From an uncultured virus (IMG/VR IMGVR_UViG_3300029951_000012) (taxonomy: Duplodnaviria > Heunggongvirae > Uroviricota > Caudoviricetes), in IMG/VR virus record IMGVR_UViG_3300029951_000012: 64,000 nt of DNA; one strand, written 5' to 3'. Shown one piece after another: positions 1 to 7,814 of the stretch. Under the pieces are notes generated by a model. The model did not search any database. It worked only from the letters and a program-made list of their open reading frames with translations, and was not told where the DNA came from. The position numbers and the translations under genes were made by a program. How positions within the stretch are numbered: position 1 is the stretch's first letter; each line of letters starts with the position of its first letter.

Positions 1-586
1 ACCTTCGCTGCGGCCTGCGGTCCCAGCAGCGCGCGCTGGCGAAGGAGTTCCTGTAGGTGGGAATCAATATTCGGTGGGAAGGAAGTTCGCTGCGAGAACC
101 CCGGAAGACACAGCAGCAAGAAGACAGACAAAATGGCTGTAAGGCGCAAAGGCATGAATGCTCCGTGAAATGGGGTGCAGGGACTGTGATGCATGTCGAA
201 CTTGCAACAGGTCCGTGCGCTCTGCACGTACCAGGAGAAATGGGGCCGTTCCTGAATTTCTCCCGATTAACTCCGGAAAAATCAGGTTCGCGCTGGGAAG
301 CGACGAGAATGTTGACAGAATCCTACCCTACATCAGCCGCAATTGCGTACCTATTTTCTTTGCCCGCCCGAGACATTAAAACAATTTACCCAGTGGAGCG
401 AGCTGAATCGAAAAATGCCGGTCGAATCGTCAGAGGCGATTGCCAACCCGGCAAGTCCATCAGCGTACAATTTGTACCGGACAGTGTGTCTATGAAATAT
501 AGCTTGGGCCCCGCTTCAAGGAAAGACGCAGTGCATTTTCCGAAGTTACATCTTGAAGAGAGTGCCGAACAGAGACACAGAAGGCC

Positions 587-607
587 GGTAGTGCCTCAGT
601 TTGAAAT
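587..607 (+). repeat. Left terminal inverted repeat
   Basis: ggtagtgcctcagtttgaaat, exact reverse complement of 2501-2521. Confidence 0.95.
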
Positions 608-651
608 AGTGCGGTATTGCTTCCGTTTGACCGCTCAAGCATCATAGATAC

Positions 652-858
652 ATGAGCCGAGACCTGAACCAACTTGCTGCCCACATCGTAGACATAGCCA
701 CTGGCGAAGCACCTAAGCACCAAAAGAATGAGGCCGCCGTCGCTCTAGGGCGATTGGGTGGCCTCAAGGGTGGGAAAGCTAGGGCGGAGAAACTAAGCGA
801 TGCTCAAAGGCGAGAGATCGCCAGCAATGCCGCCCGTGCTAGATGGGCTAAGCCGTAG
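652..858 (+). CDS. Small basic KGG-motif protein
   Basis: KNEAAVALGRLGGLKGGKARAEKLSDAQRREIASNAARARW motif; TTGCTT-17-CATCAT promoter ends 6 nt before the ATG (leaderless). Confidence 0.8.
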   Translation: MSRDLNQLAAHIVDIATGEAPKHQKNEAAVALGRLGGLKGGKARAEKLSDAQRREIASNAARARWAKP

Positions 859-1360
859 CCTTCATTTCCTCGACGTTTGACTCATCTGCTGCTTCGGCAG
901 CATTGGGATCATCCTCAATAACCCCTTCCGCAGCCCAAGTGGTTTTCTTGGGCGACTTTTTGACATGGTTTGGATACCACGCGGCTAGTCCCCACTCGCC
1001 CTGCATGTTGATGAGGTCGCCAACCACGCTCTCGCGGCGGCGCAGAATGGAATAGACCGTGTTGTATTTCGACGGCGGCAGTCCGCCCTTCTCCATCGTG
1101 TCCATCAAAGACTGCGTGGACATCTTGCGACGCTGGCTCTGGAGAATTGTCACGGCGGCGTCCGGGATGCTCTTGCCGAAGAAAGCGTCCGAAGCAAAAT
1201 GACCGCCTGTGGGTGCGCCGCCTCCCGATGGGGTTGGTGCGGAGCCGATAGAGCCGAGTCCGCCAAGCGCACGAAGCATCGAAATGGTGGCTTCTAGCTG
1301 GGCCTTCTTAGCCTCAAGATCGGCGATAACAGCTTCATAGTTGATTGGTTCGGTACTCAT
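848..1360 (-). CDS. Winged-HTH protein (HARE-HTH / RNAP delta-like) with N-terminal coiled coil
   Basis: SIPDAAVTILQ...TVYSILRR...GEWGLAAWYP pattern; acidic tail. Confidence 0.65.
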   Translation of the reverse strand: MSTEPINYEAVIADLEAKKAQLEATISMLRALGGLGSIGSAPTPSGGGAPTGGHFASDAFFGKSIPDAAVTILQSQRRKMSTQSLMDTMEKGGLPPSKYNTVYSILRRRESVVGDLINMQGEWGLAAWYPNHVKKSPKKTTWAAEGVIEDDPNAAEAADESNVEEMKATA

Positions 1361-1381
1361 GGCGTACCCGCTCTTTCATAG

Positions 1382-1409
1382 TTGAAACCAGCATAAATAC
1401 TGGTAAAAT
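1382..1409 (+). promoter_or_regulatory. Sigma70-type promoter with extended -10 and palindromic spacer
   Basis: TTGAAA-16-TAAAAT preceded by TGn; ACCAG-N8-CTGGT inverted repeat between the boxes. Confidence 0.55.
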
Positions 1410-1414
1410 GAGGT

Positions 1415-1580
1415 AGTGCCGCACGGGGCGGACTCAGACGAATCGCACCCCGTTTGGCAATAAGTGGTTCCTGCGGTGTTTCCATAGCCGCTCACCCTTT
1501 TTAGGGGTGCGCCGGTTGTATCATCCTACGAACCTCCCTCTAGGGGCTAAGCGTCTTCAGCGCTTGGCCCCTTATCTTTT
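1415..1580 (+). ncRNA. Candidate ~165-nt structured small RNA
   Basis: Promoter upstream, several stems (1423-28/1448-53, 1466-70/1530-34, 1473-76/1488-91, 1493-97/1505-09), ends in an intrinsic terminator; no ORF in the track. Confidence 0.45.
1542..1580 (+). terminator. Intrinsic terminator
   Basis: 12-bp stem aggggctaagcg/cgcttggcccct followed by tatctttt. Confidence 0.7.
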
Positions 1581-1639
1581 GCAATCATGTAGCAGGGTGC
1601 ATTGCGGAATCAATAACCGCGTCAACTTTATTTTTGCAC

Positions 1640-1668
1640 TTGACAAATCATAACCGCTCAAGCATGAT
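1640..1668 (+). promoter_or_regulatory. Sigma70-type promoter for the 1718-2501 gene pair
   Basis: TTGACA-17-CATGAT; contains ACCGCTCAAGCAT, also present in the promoter at 630-642. Confidence 0.65.
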
Positions 1669-1717
1669 GTTCCTAGTCTCTAAATAAGAGGATGCCTAAT
1701 GGTATCCGGCCAGAGGT

Positions 1718-1954
1718 GTGAGTATGCCCGCTACCAAAAAGAAAATCCAGTGGATCACGCAGGGCGAGATGGAATCCCTCGTTGATAAGCGTGCGCGTGC
1801 GGTGCTGAAAGTAAGCGGAAAAACTTTCATTCGCAATCGTAAGAGGGGCGATTACGTAAAGCTTGACGCTGATAAATGCCCCGGCATTGTTGAACTTGCC
1901 CTATTATCTCCAGGCGATAAGGTTGCTACGTCACGTGCCCGGAAGAACAGCTAA
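1718..1954 (+). CDS. Small protein, putative antitoxin
   Basis: 78 aa, overlaps the downstream gene in a two-gene operon. Confidence 0.5.
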   Translation: MSMPATKKKIQWITQGEMESLVDKRARAVLKVSGKTFIRNRKRGDYVKLDADKCPGIVELALLSPGDKVATSRARKNS

Positions 1955-2501
1955 AGAAGCGGTAGAGAACTTCGCTGGTTTCATGAATGAAACCCTTAGC
2001 TGCCTGACGAATCGGCGGCTTTCTGCTTATCAGAAGGCTGATAATACCTACGTATTGCTATACAAAGAGGCAGTTCCTTTACGTACTGATACGGGTGCGC
2101 CCTTCTATATTCAAGTGACGCAAGTTTGTAATGCTGTGCCACTTGAGGATGGGACATTCAAAGCGCGGACTCGTGAGTATAGTTATGTATTCTCCGAGTC
2201 TCCCGGTCTTGACCATCACGGTCTCGTGTCTTACCACTGGCACCCAAACGATTTCAACTTGAGAGACCCTCACTTGCATCTGCGGATTACCCCGCAAGTC
2301 GGATGCCCGGAGATCGAACACAAATTGTCCAAGGCGCATTTCCCTACATCTCGCGTTTGCTTGGAGGATTTTGTGTCATTGCTTTTGAAGTATTACGACA
2401 TCAAATCGCCGCTGCATCATTCAACACATCGGAGCATCCTGAAGAAAAACAAAGAGGCGTTTAGCAAAAACGCTACGTGGACGGTTAACCCGTTACCCTA
2501 A
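1935..2501 (+). CDS. His-motif protein, putative toxin (TumE/DUF6516-like)
   Basis: Likely GTG start MPGRTAKEAV; YSY...SYHWHP...PHLHL...KAHFPT motifs; stop codon overlaps the right IR. Confidence 0.5.
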   Translation: MPGRTAKEAVENFAGFMNETLSCLTNRRLSAYQKADNTYVLLYKEAVPLRTDTGAPFYIQVTQVCNAVPLEDGTFKARTREYSYVFSESPGLDHHGLVSYHWHPNDFNLRDPHLHLRITPQVGCPEIEHKLSKAHFPTSRVCLEDFVSLLLKYYDIKSPLHHSTHRSILKKNKEAFSKNATWTVNPLP

Positions 2502-2521
2502 TTTCAAACTGAGGCACTACC
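2501..2521 (-). repeat. Right terminal inverted repeat
   Basis: atttcaaactgaggcactacc. Confidence 0.95.
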
Positions 2522-2920
2522 AAATTGGCTTGGCGCGGTGGGGTTGGGGTCGCTGATGGGAGCTTCGTCCGTCAGGTTGGTGGGCAGCGGAGTAAGCGTG
2601 CTGGGGTCGTCAACAGTCTCTGCGGTCTGGTAGGCAGCAATTGCTTTGCTCAGCGCATCATTGAGCGCGGAAGCCAGAGCGAGGTCTGACGGGTCGAGGG
2701 TGGTATTGGACTGAAGCGCCACAATCTCCGCTTGGAAGGCTTGCAGAAGTGCCAACTCATCAGCCGTGGGTGTACCACCTGCTTCGAGCTTGGCAATCAG
2801 GGCTGGGATGGCTGACGTGAGCGAGGCGATGAGGTTAGCCAGCGACGGGGAGATGACGCCGAACGCTTGCAGAAGCATGGGCAACGCGCTGAGGAGGATG
2901 GGCAGGATGAGGGCAAGCAT
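2504..2920 (-). CDS. Lysis-cassette amphipathic/membrane protein (A type); 3' end read from the IR
   Basis: Paralog of 46311-46682; last codons GSASV* lie in the IR. Confidence 0.75.
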   Translation of the reverse strand: MLALILPILLSALPMLLQAFGVISPSLANLIASLTSAIPALIAKLEAGGTPTADELALLQAFQAEIVALQSNTTLDPSDLALASALNDALSKAIAAYQTAETVDDPSTLTPLPTNLTDEAPISDPNPTAPSQFGSASV

Positions 2921-2928
2921 GGAATCTC

Positions 2929-3297
2929 CTACTTCGTGATGGAGTTGAAAACAGATTGGGCGTTGGTGAATGCTGTAGTAACGGCCACGACTGCCGCGTT
3001 GAGCGTAGAAGCATCTCCACCACCTGCATCGTGGTATGCGATCTCAGCAGCATCGGCGGTATTCAGCGCAGCGTTCAGCGCGTTCAGTGTGTTGAGTTGG
3101 GCTTGTGTCAATTGAAGCTTGCCTGACTGCACGCTGGCAGAGAGAGATGCAGCGAAAGCATGTGCAGGTTGTAGGGCGAGATTCGCTGCCGCATCTGTAG
3201 AGTTGACCGCTCCGGTTGGAGCGAGGGGCGGCGTGGGAGATGTGGCATGACAGCTTGCGAGGAGGAACAGGAGAAAACAGAGAGGAAGCTTACGCAT
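2929..3297 (-). CDS. Lipoprotein, possible spanin component (A type)
   Basis: MRKLPLCFLLFLLASC lipobox; paralog of 46691-47059. Confidence 0.7.
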   Translation of the reverse strand: MRKLPLCFLLFLLASCHATSPTPPLAPTGAVNSTDAAANLALQPAHAFAASLSASVQSGKLQLTQAQLNTLNALNAALNTADAAEIAYHDAGGGDASTLNAAVVAVTTAFTNAQSVFNSITK

Positions 3298-3550
3298 TAG
3301 GGGCTCCGGGGTTCTTGGGTGGGATAGGGGCGGGAACATAGCCGATGATTCTTTGCACCTGTGGGTTCATCAGAAGAGTGCAGAGTGTGCCTACAGTGCC
3401 GACCGCAATAGCGACATGTGGGTGATTGTGAGCAATCGCAGTGATGACCGCTGCAACTTGTGGAATTTGCATTAGGCCACCAAGTGCTAGAACAGCAGCG
3501 ATGGCGCTCTTGCCAATGCCCGATAACTCTGTAACGCTTACAAACTTCAT
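3290..3550 (-). CDS. Holin-like membrane protein
   Basis: Two hydrophobic segments, lysis-cassette position. Confidence 0.5.
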   Translation of the reverse strand: MKFVSVTELSGIGKSAIAAVLALGGLMQIPQVAAVITAIAHNHPHVAIAVGTVGTLCTLLMNPQVQRIIGYVPAPIPPKNPGAPNA

Positions 3551-3648
3551 CAGTCTCTCCTCAGCAATCCACGCACACAGAATACGACAATCGGCACTCC
3601 AACGGAGAGAAGAAATGCAGCGGCGCAGAGTGCTGGATAGCGGTGCAT
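3550..3648 (-). CDS. 32-aa single-TM peptide
   Basis: MHRYPALCAAAFLLSVGVPIVVFCVRGLLRRD; TAATG and TGATG overlaps on both sides. Confidence 0.55.
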   Translation of the reverse strand: MHRYPALCAAAFLLSVGVPIVVFCVRGLLRRD

Positions 3649-3749
3649 TATTCGTCCTCGGTAGGAATGGGCGGTGGTGGAGCTTTGGGGCCGGGAACAG
3701 GTGGTGCTCCGGGTGGAGGGCCGGGCGGAAGCGTGGGATTGGTTGACAT
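3648..3749 (-). CDS. 33-aa proline-rich peptide
   Basis: MSTNPTLPPGPPPGAPPVPGPKAPPPPIPTEDE; TAATG overlaps on both sides. Confidence 0.55.
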   Translation of the reverse strand: MSTNPTLPPGPPPGAPPVPGPKAPPPPIPTEDE

Positions 3750-4027
3750 TAGCGCATCTCCGAATAGGTGGCTACTGCTGGGCCTGATCCGTGCGTGACC
3801 ATCGTGTTATTGGCCCGATGGCTTCCAAGATACGACAAAAGCGCAAGAATTGCCATACATAAAGCGATGATGATCGTTCCAAACACAGCAACGGCGCGCC
3901 AATAGGCTTTCAGGCTGGTTTCAAACATATCGAACCTCCGAACGAGGCCGGGATTCTCGCGGGAGCCATCGCCCCATACGGCCAATTTCAGGTACTTCCA
4001 CTCCTCGGCACTCGGCATTCCGCTCAC
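3749..4027 (-). CDS. Single-TM lysis-cassette protein
   Basis: GDGSRENPGL then TM helix; analogous to 48438-48704. Confidence 0.6.
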   Translation of the reverse strand: MSGMPSAEEWKYLKLAVWGDGSRENPGLVRRFDMFETSLKAYWRAVAVFGTIIIALCMAILALLSYLGSHRANNTMVTHGSGPAVATYSEMR

Positions 4028-4291
4028 TCATGCTTTCTTTAGATGCTTGCGTGTTGCCGGCTTGTCGTGTTCTGCAATTTTCACATTGGCCTTACCCAGC
4101 TTTGAGTCTAAGGTATTGATCTTGTTCTGCATAGCAGAGTGGATTCCATCTACACTCGACGCGATAGTCTCATTTTCTTTGCCGGTGCGGTAGCGGTTGT
4201 AGATACCCATTCCCGCAGCAATAGTGGATGTGATCGCGAGTAGTATTTCAGGGATTTTGTTGATGAGCGCGATTTTGACCGCATCCGTCAT
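4028..4291 (-). CDS. Small membrane protein (holin/antiholin-like)
   Basis: MTDAVKIALI... N-terminal hydrophobic helix, basic tail; analogous to 47393-47608. Confidence 0.55.
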   Translation of the reverse strand: MTDAVKIALINKIPEILLAITSTIAAGMGIYNRYRTGKENETIASSVDGIHSAMQNKINTLDSKLGKANVKIAEHDKPATRKHLKKA

Positions 4292-4413
4292 TTCTGTTTG
4301 CCCCTCCACTCGTCCCACGCTTTTTGAAGCGTATCGGCTCTCTCCCAATACCCGTTATCGCGGAGAAGCTTGATGTAGTCCGCGAGCGTATAGAGTTCTT
4401 TGCGCTCAGCCAT
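4288..4413 (-). CDS. 41-aa conserved micro-protein
   Basis: TLADYIKLLRDNGYWERA core shared with 47605-47739. Confidence 0.7.
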   Translation of the reverse strand: MAERKELYTLADYIKLLRDNGYWERADTLQKAWDEWRGKQK

Positions 4414-4933
4414 CTCCCTGCCCCGACATCTTCCCGTGGTTATCGTAGATAATAGTGACCTGTTGGCCCTTGGCGAGCCCAGTTGACCACTTCGCACACT
4501 CGGCCGTGATGTAGTCTTCAGGGGTTTCGGCTGCAAGCGCTTGCGCGTAGATGAGTGAGCCGTCGGGATTCTTAGCGGTTGCGAGGATGTGCAACTGGTC
4601 TGCAAAACAAGCTTGCGGGTTAGCGTACACGCGCCAAAGGTCGGCCTGCGGCCCCGTCCAGCTGCCATCGGGGTTTTGCTCCGTGCCAGATGCGCCGACG
4701 ACTGGGCCTGTCCAGCTTTTGGTTGCCTTGATGCCGAGGTAGTTATTCGAGCCCTTCGGCAGCGACTTACCCCAGCCAGTCTCTTCGGCAGACTCGCACG
4801 CCGCACACTGAGCATATTCCTGCATTGTTATATTGAGCGGCCACGGTGTAGATGGGGTGACATATGCCCGCGCAGCTTCCAGGGCCGCGTCGAACATCGT
4901 TTGCAGAAACTCTAAATCTTGCTGTGGCAACAT
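4406..4933 (-). CDS. Endolysin, GH73 glucosaminidase/FlgJ-like
   Basis: EETGWG...NNYLGIKA...WRVY motifs. Confidence 0.8.
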   Translation of the reverse strand: MLPQQDLEFLQTMFDAALEAARAYVTPSTPWPLNITMQEYAQCAACESAEETGWGKSLPKGSNNYLGIKATKSWTGPVVGASGTEQNPDGSWTGPQADLWRVYANPQACFADQLHILATAKNPDGSLIYAQALAAETPEDYITAECAKWSTGLAKGQQVTIIYDNHGKMSGQGDG

Positions 4934-5035
4934 CTCAGTTTCCTCCTAAAATCATCACACAAGCGCCCGCAATCACCGCCAAGCAAAGCGTGAGCACCGC
5001 TACTCCGCTGTAATCGCAGTGGCAGCTCCACCGCC

Positions 5036-7813
5036 TTACTGTATTTCTACCGTTCCACTGCATGTAAAACCCGCTTCGGTGGTGGCCAAAGTAGCTCCAG
5101 CATAATTCAAGGCAAAGCCGCTCGTTTGGCTGGCTGGTATTTCTATATATCCCTGAGTGCCAGTCGTATTGCCTCGGCAAGACCCCACCGCGGATGACTC
5201 AGCCGTGAAAGGAAATCCTACCGATATGGCACCGGCGCAGGTGCCAACACTAGCAATGGTCACAGTTAGAGAGTAAGAAGCAGTCTTACCAACCTGTCCA
5301 ACCCGCAACGCGGAAGAAAGAGTGCCTGAACCCGTTCCGCACGTTGGTATAGGTGTGGTCTGTGTCCATGCACCAAAGGTTCCTGTGATAGTAGCGACAT
5401 TTGTCGATGCAATCCCTGAATCCTGAAATCCGCCAGCACCGTCCGAGTCCTGAATGTTCCCCTCAATACCAGCGGAGGGCGAGCAGCCTGTTCCAGCTTG
5501 TAGTTGTCCGGTGCTGCTTGTTCCGATGCAAGGCTGACTTATAAGCCCCCTATCAATCAAGTTGGCGGCGGATGCCACTCCAGCAAACGTGGTGCTTAGG
5601 TCTCCTCGAAACGTCACTACCTTACTCAGCGCGGTTCCCGCTGGAGGTGGTGCAACGTATAGGCTGAAATCGTCTGCCGTGGTAGTCGCTCCCGGAGTAT
5701 GAAGAAACTCCCATCCATAATTGGCCGTCGTTAGGGTATTTGTGGATAAATCAATTCCCCACCCAATTCCCGTAGGGTTGAATGCCTCATAGGCTACCGG
5801 AATGACGAAGTTGATCTGTCCCAGACCGGTTATCACCGTCGTCGGAGTGTTGGGAGTATACGCACCGACATTTAAAAACCCGCCCCCCGTTTGTACATTC
5901 AATACTCCAGTATTGTCTATTCCATCATGCCCTGTATCCATGGTTATTGATTCATCACCAGACGTTGCCGAGCCTTGCACATCAACAAATAAGCCAAAGG
6001 GAGAAGTGTTGTCATTGCTTTGCGCGAGTGACCCTACCCTGTGCAACGTTGTATTTGTCTTTGGGAAACCGTATCCCATCAAGTAGGTGCCACCTCCATC
6101 CTCAAGAGGCCCACCAGCAATGATGCGGTTTGGATTCAGAACCCCCGTTGCCATTTCGTACTGCTGGTAATTAGGGTAAATAAAGTTGATGCCTTTGCCC
6201 TGCAAGTAGCTTGTGATTGCGTTGTAAATAATCGGCTGTGCGATAGTTCCCGGATGAATGCCGTCTGGCGAGGATGAAGAGAACCCCGGCTCAACGTTAG
6301 CCGTGAAGCTCGTGGATGGATATTCGCCAGCAATGGCGCTTGTCAACGCACTTTGATCGCACACTGTTTCGTAAAGCGGGAGCATCTGGTAGACCTTGAT
6401 TCCCAAGGCTTCCAATTGTGTTGTGAAACTCTCGATATTCGCCAGTACCGTACCTACCGAAGTCCCCGTGCAGTAATCGTTGCGGCCAATATTTAGGACA
6501 ACATTATTCGGCTTGAGCGCTTCGATTTCTGGAAGATTAAGGAGCGCATCAGCCGACTCGTCACTTCCACCCGCCTCGGTCACGCTGCGAATACTAGCCC
6601 CGACAGCCGCAGACCATGCATTCGTCATAATCCCTGCGTAGTAGGGAACTGTCTTTGAGTCACCCACCAAAACAACATCCGCCCCCACGGGCGCAGCGGA
6701 TGAGATATTAAGGCTCGTCAGAGTTTGGGTACCACCGAAGTTATATACGGCGAATCGCCCGAGGTTGGGGAGCAAAGCTGGAGCTCCTGCGGCCAAAGAA
6801 TATGTGGCGCTGGCTATAACGGGAGCGGCATTCGTTGTCAGGTCGGTAGCAGTCGTGGTGATGATATTGTAATTGCGAGTCACCTGAACCTGCACGACAT
6901 CACCTGCGCTTATAGACAATGGGGTAGGCGCGTTGGCCAACGTTACCCCCGTACCACCTGAAAGGGCCGTCACGTAAACATGCCCGGAAGTAATGGTGCC
7001 CGTTGTTAAATCCACATAACCCACTACACCAAGAAGAGCCCCGCCCACTTCATAACTGCGTGTTCCTAGGCCAAGCCCGACGCTGGTGGAGCTCTGCGAC
7101 CCCACCGTAATGGTCCCTGTCTGGCTCCAAAGCGGCAGGGTTGTATACTGATCGAAATCGAATGAGTGTGTAAAGTCCTGCATTCCTCCGGAAAACTGTA
7201 AGGCACTGCCAACGATAGTAGGAGTAGCTCCATTCGGTGTAAAGCCCGCTAATGACGTGAAGTTGGTGCTATTGAACAAAACACCTAGCATCCCAGATGC
7301 TGGACGGCAATCAATTACGCCGTCTGTCGTAGCATCGGGGGTAAGAAGCTGCCCAGCATTAGCTGTTGTCACGCAGTACGGGCTTGCTGCTAGCGCTGCT
7401 GGCAGGTTGAAGGCCGACTGCAAATAATTCGTGCCGTCGCTGTAAACCTGAACAATCGCCCCGTTCGGGATCGTGATACCTGTACCCGTAGCGCCAATAA
7501 CAGTAATCGCTTGTCCGCCCGTTGTAGCGTTTTCCACCACAAAACTAAAGCCAAGATTTAGTGGCGCAATGAGGTTGCGCGTGGCCGTCAGCGAAACACT
7601 GCTCGTCACCTTGAGAAAGCCCTGCGCCGTGGTTTCGGGGTAGACCATCGTGTGATTGGCGTCCGAAGAAAACACTAGATTGCCGCTATTGAGCAACGGG
7701 AAAATTCCACCTGAGCCAATCGTTCCAGTCAGAGGAATCTGCGGGTACGGAACTGACTGTGCGTAAGCGCAAGAGCAGAGGCATAGCGCGATGAGCAACT
7801 TGATAATTCGCAT
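5036..7813 (-). CDS. Tailspike/fibre with signal peptide and SGNH(GDSL) esterase domain (A type)
   Basis: MRIIKLLIALCLCSCAYA-Q signal; GDS, GRND and DGIHP SGNH blocks; N-terminal ~145 aa shared with 48776-51820. Confidence 0.8.
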   Translation of the reverse strand: MRIIKLLIALCLCSCAYAQSVPYPQIPLTGTIGSGGIFPLLNSGNLVFSSDANHTMVYPETTAQGFLKVTSSVSLTATRNLIAPLNLGFSFVVENATTGGQAITVIGATGTGITIPNGAIVQVYSDGTNYLQSAFNLPAALAASPYCVTTANAGQLLTPDATTDGVIDCRPASGMLGVLFNSTNFTSLAGFTPNGATPTIVGSALQFSGGMQDFTHSFDFDQYTTLPLWSQTGTITVGSQSSTSVGLGLGTRSYEVGGALLGVVGYVDLTTGTITSGHVYVTALSGGTGVTLANAPTPLSISAGDVVQVQVTRNYNIITTTATDLTTNAAPVIASATYSLAAGAPALLPNLGRFAVYNFGGTQTLTSLNISSAAPVGADVVLVGDSKTVPYYAGIMTNAWSAAVGASIRSVTEAGGSDESADALLNLPEIEALKPNNVVLNIGRNDYCTGTSVGTVLANIESFTTQLEALGIKVYQMLPLYETVCDQSALTSAIAGEYPSTSFTANVEPGFSSSSPDGIHPGTIAQPIIYNAITSYLQGKGINFIYPNYQQYEMATGVLNPNRIIAGGPLEDGGGTYLMGYGFPKTNTTLHRVGSLAQSNDNTSPFGLFVDVQGSATSGDESITMDTGHDGIDNTGVLNVQTGGGFLNVGAYTPNTPTTVITGLGQINFVIPVAYEAFNPTGIGWGIDLSTNTLTTANYGWEFLHTPGATTTADDFSLYVAPPPAGTALSKVVTFRGDLSTTFAGVASAANLIDRGLISQPCIGTSSTGQLQAGTGCSPSAGIEGNIQDSDGAGGFQDSGIASTNVATITGTFGAWTQTTPIPTCGTGSGTLSSALRVGQVGKTASYSLTVTIASVGTCAGAISVGFPFTAESSAVGSCRGNTTGTQGYIEIPASQTSGFALNYAGATLATTEAGFTCSGTVEIQ

Positions 7814-7814
7814 A

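Larger units (their letters stand above)
587..2521. mobile_element. Non-autonomous IS1-family-like cassette (1,935 bp), no transposase, four passenger genes
   Basis: Perfect 21-bp terminal inverted repeats GGTAGTGCCTCAGTTTGAAAT (587-607 / 2501-2521); GGTAGTG end resembles IS1-family IRs; no DDE transposase ORF inside; no target-site duplication. Confidence 0.75.

Noticed and set aside
57..647. 196-aa ORF in the track
   Set aside because: No recognisable motifs or RBS, and it runs across the IR boundary at 587
1412..1420. GGTAGTGCC matching the first 9 nt of the IR
   Set aside because: Too short; the rest of the IR is absent
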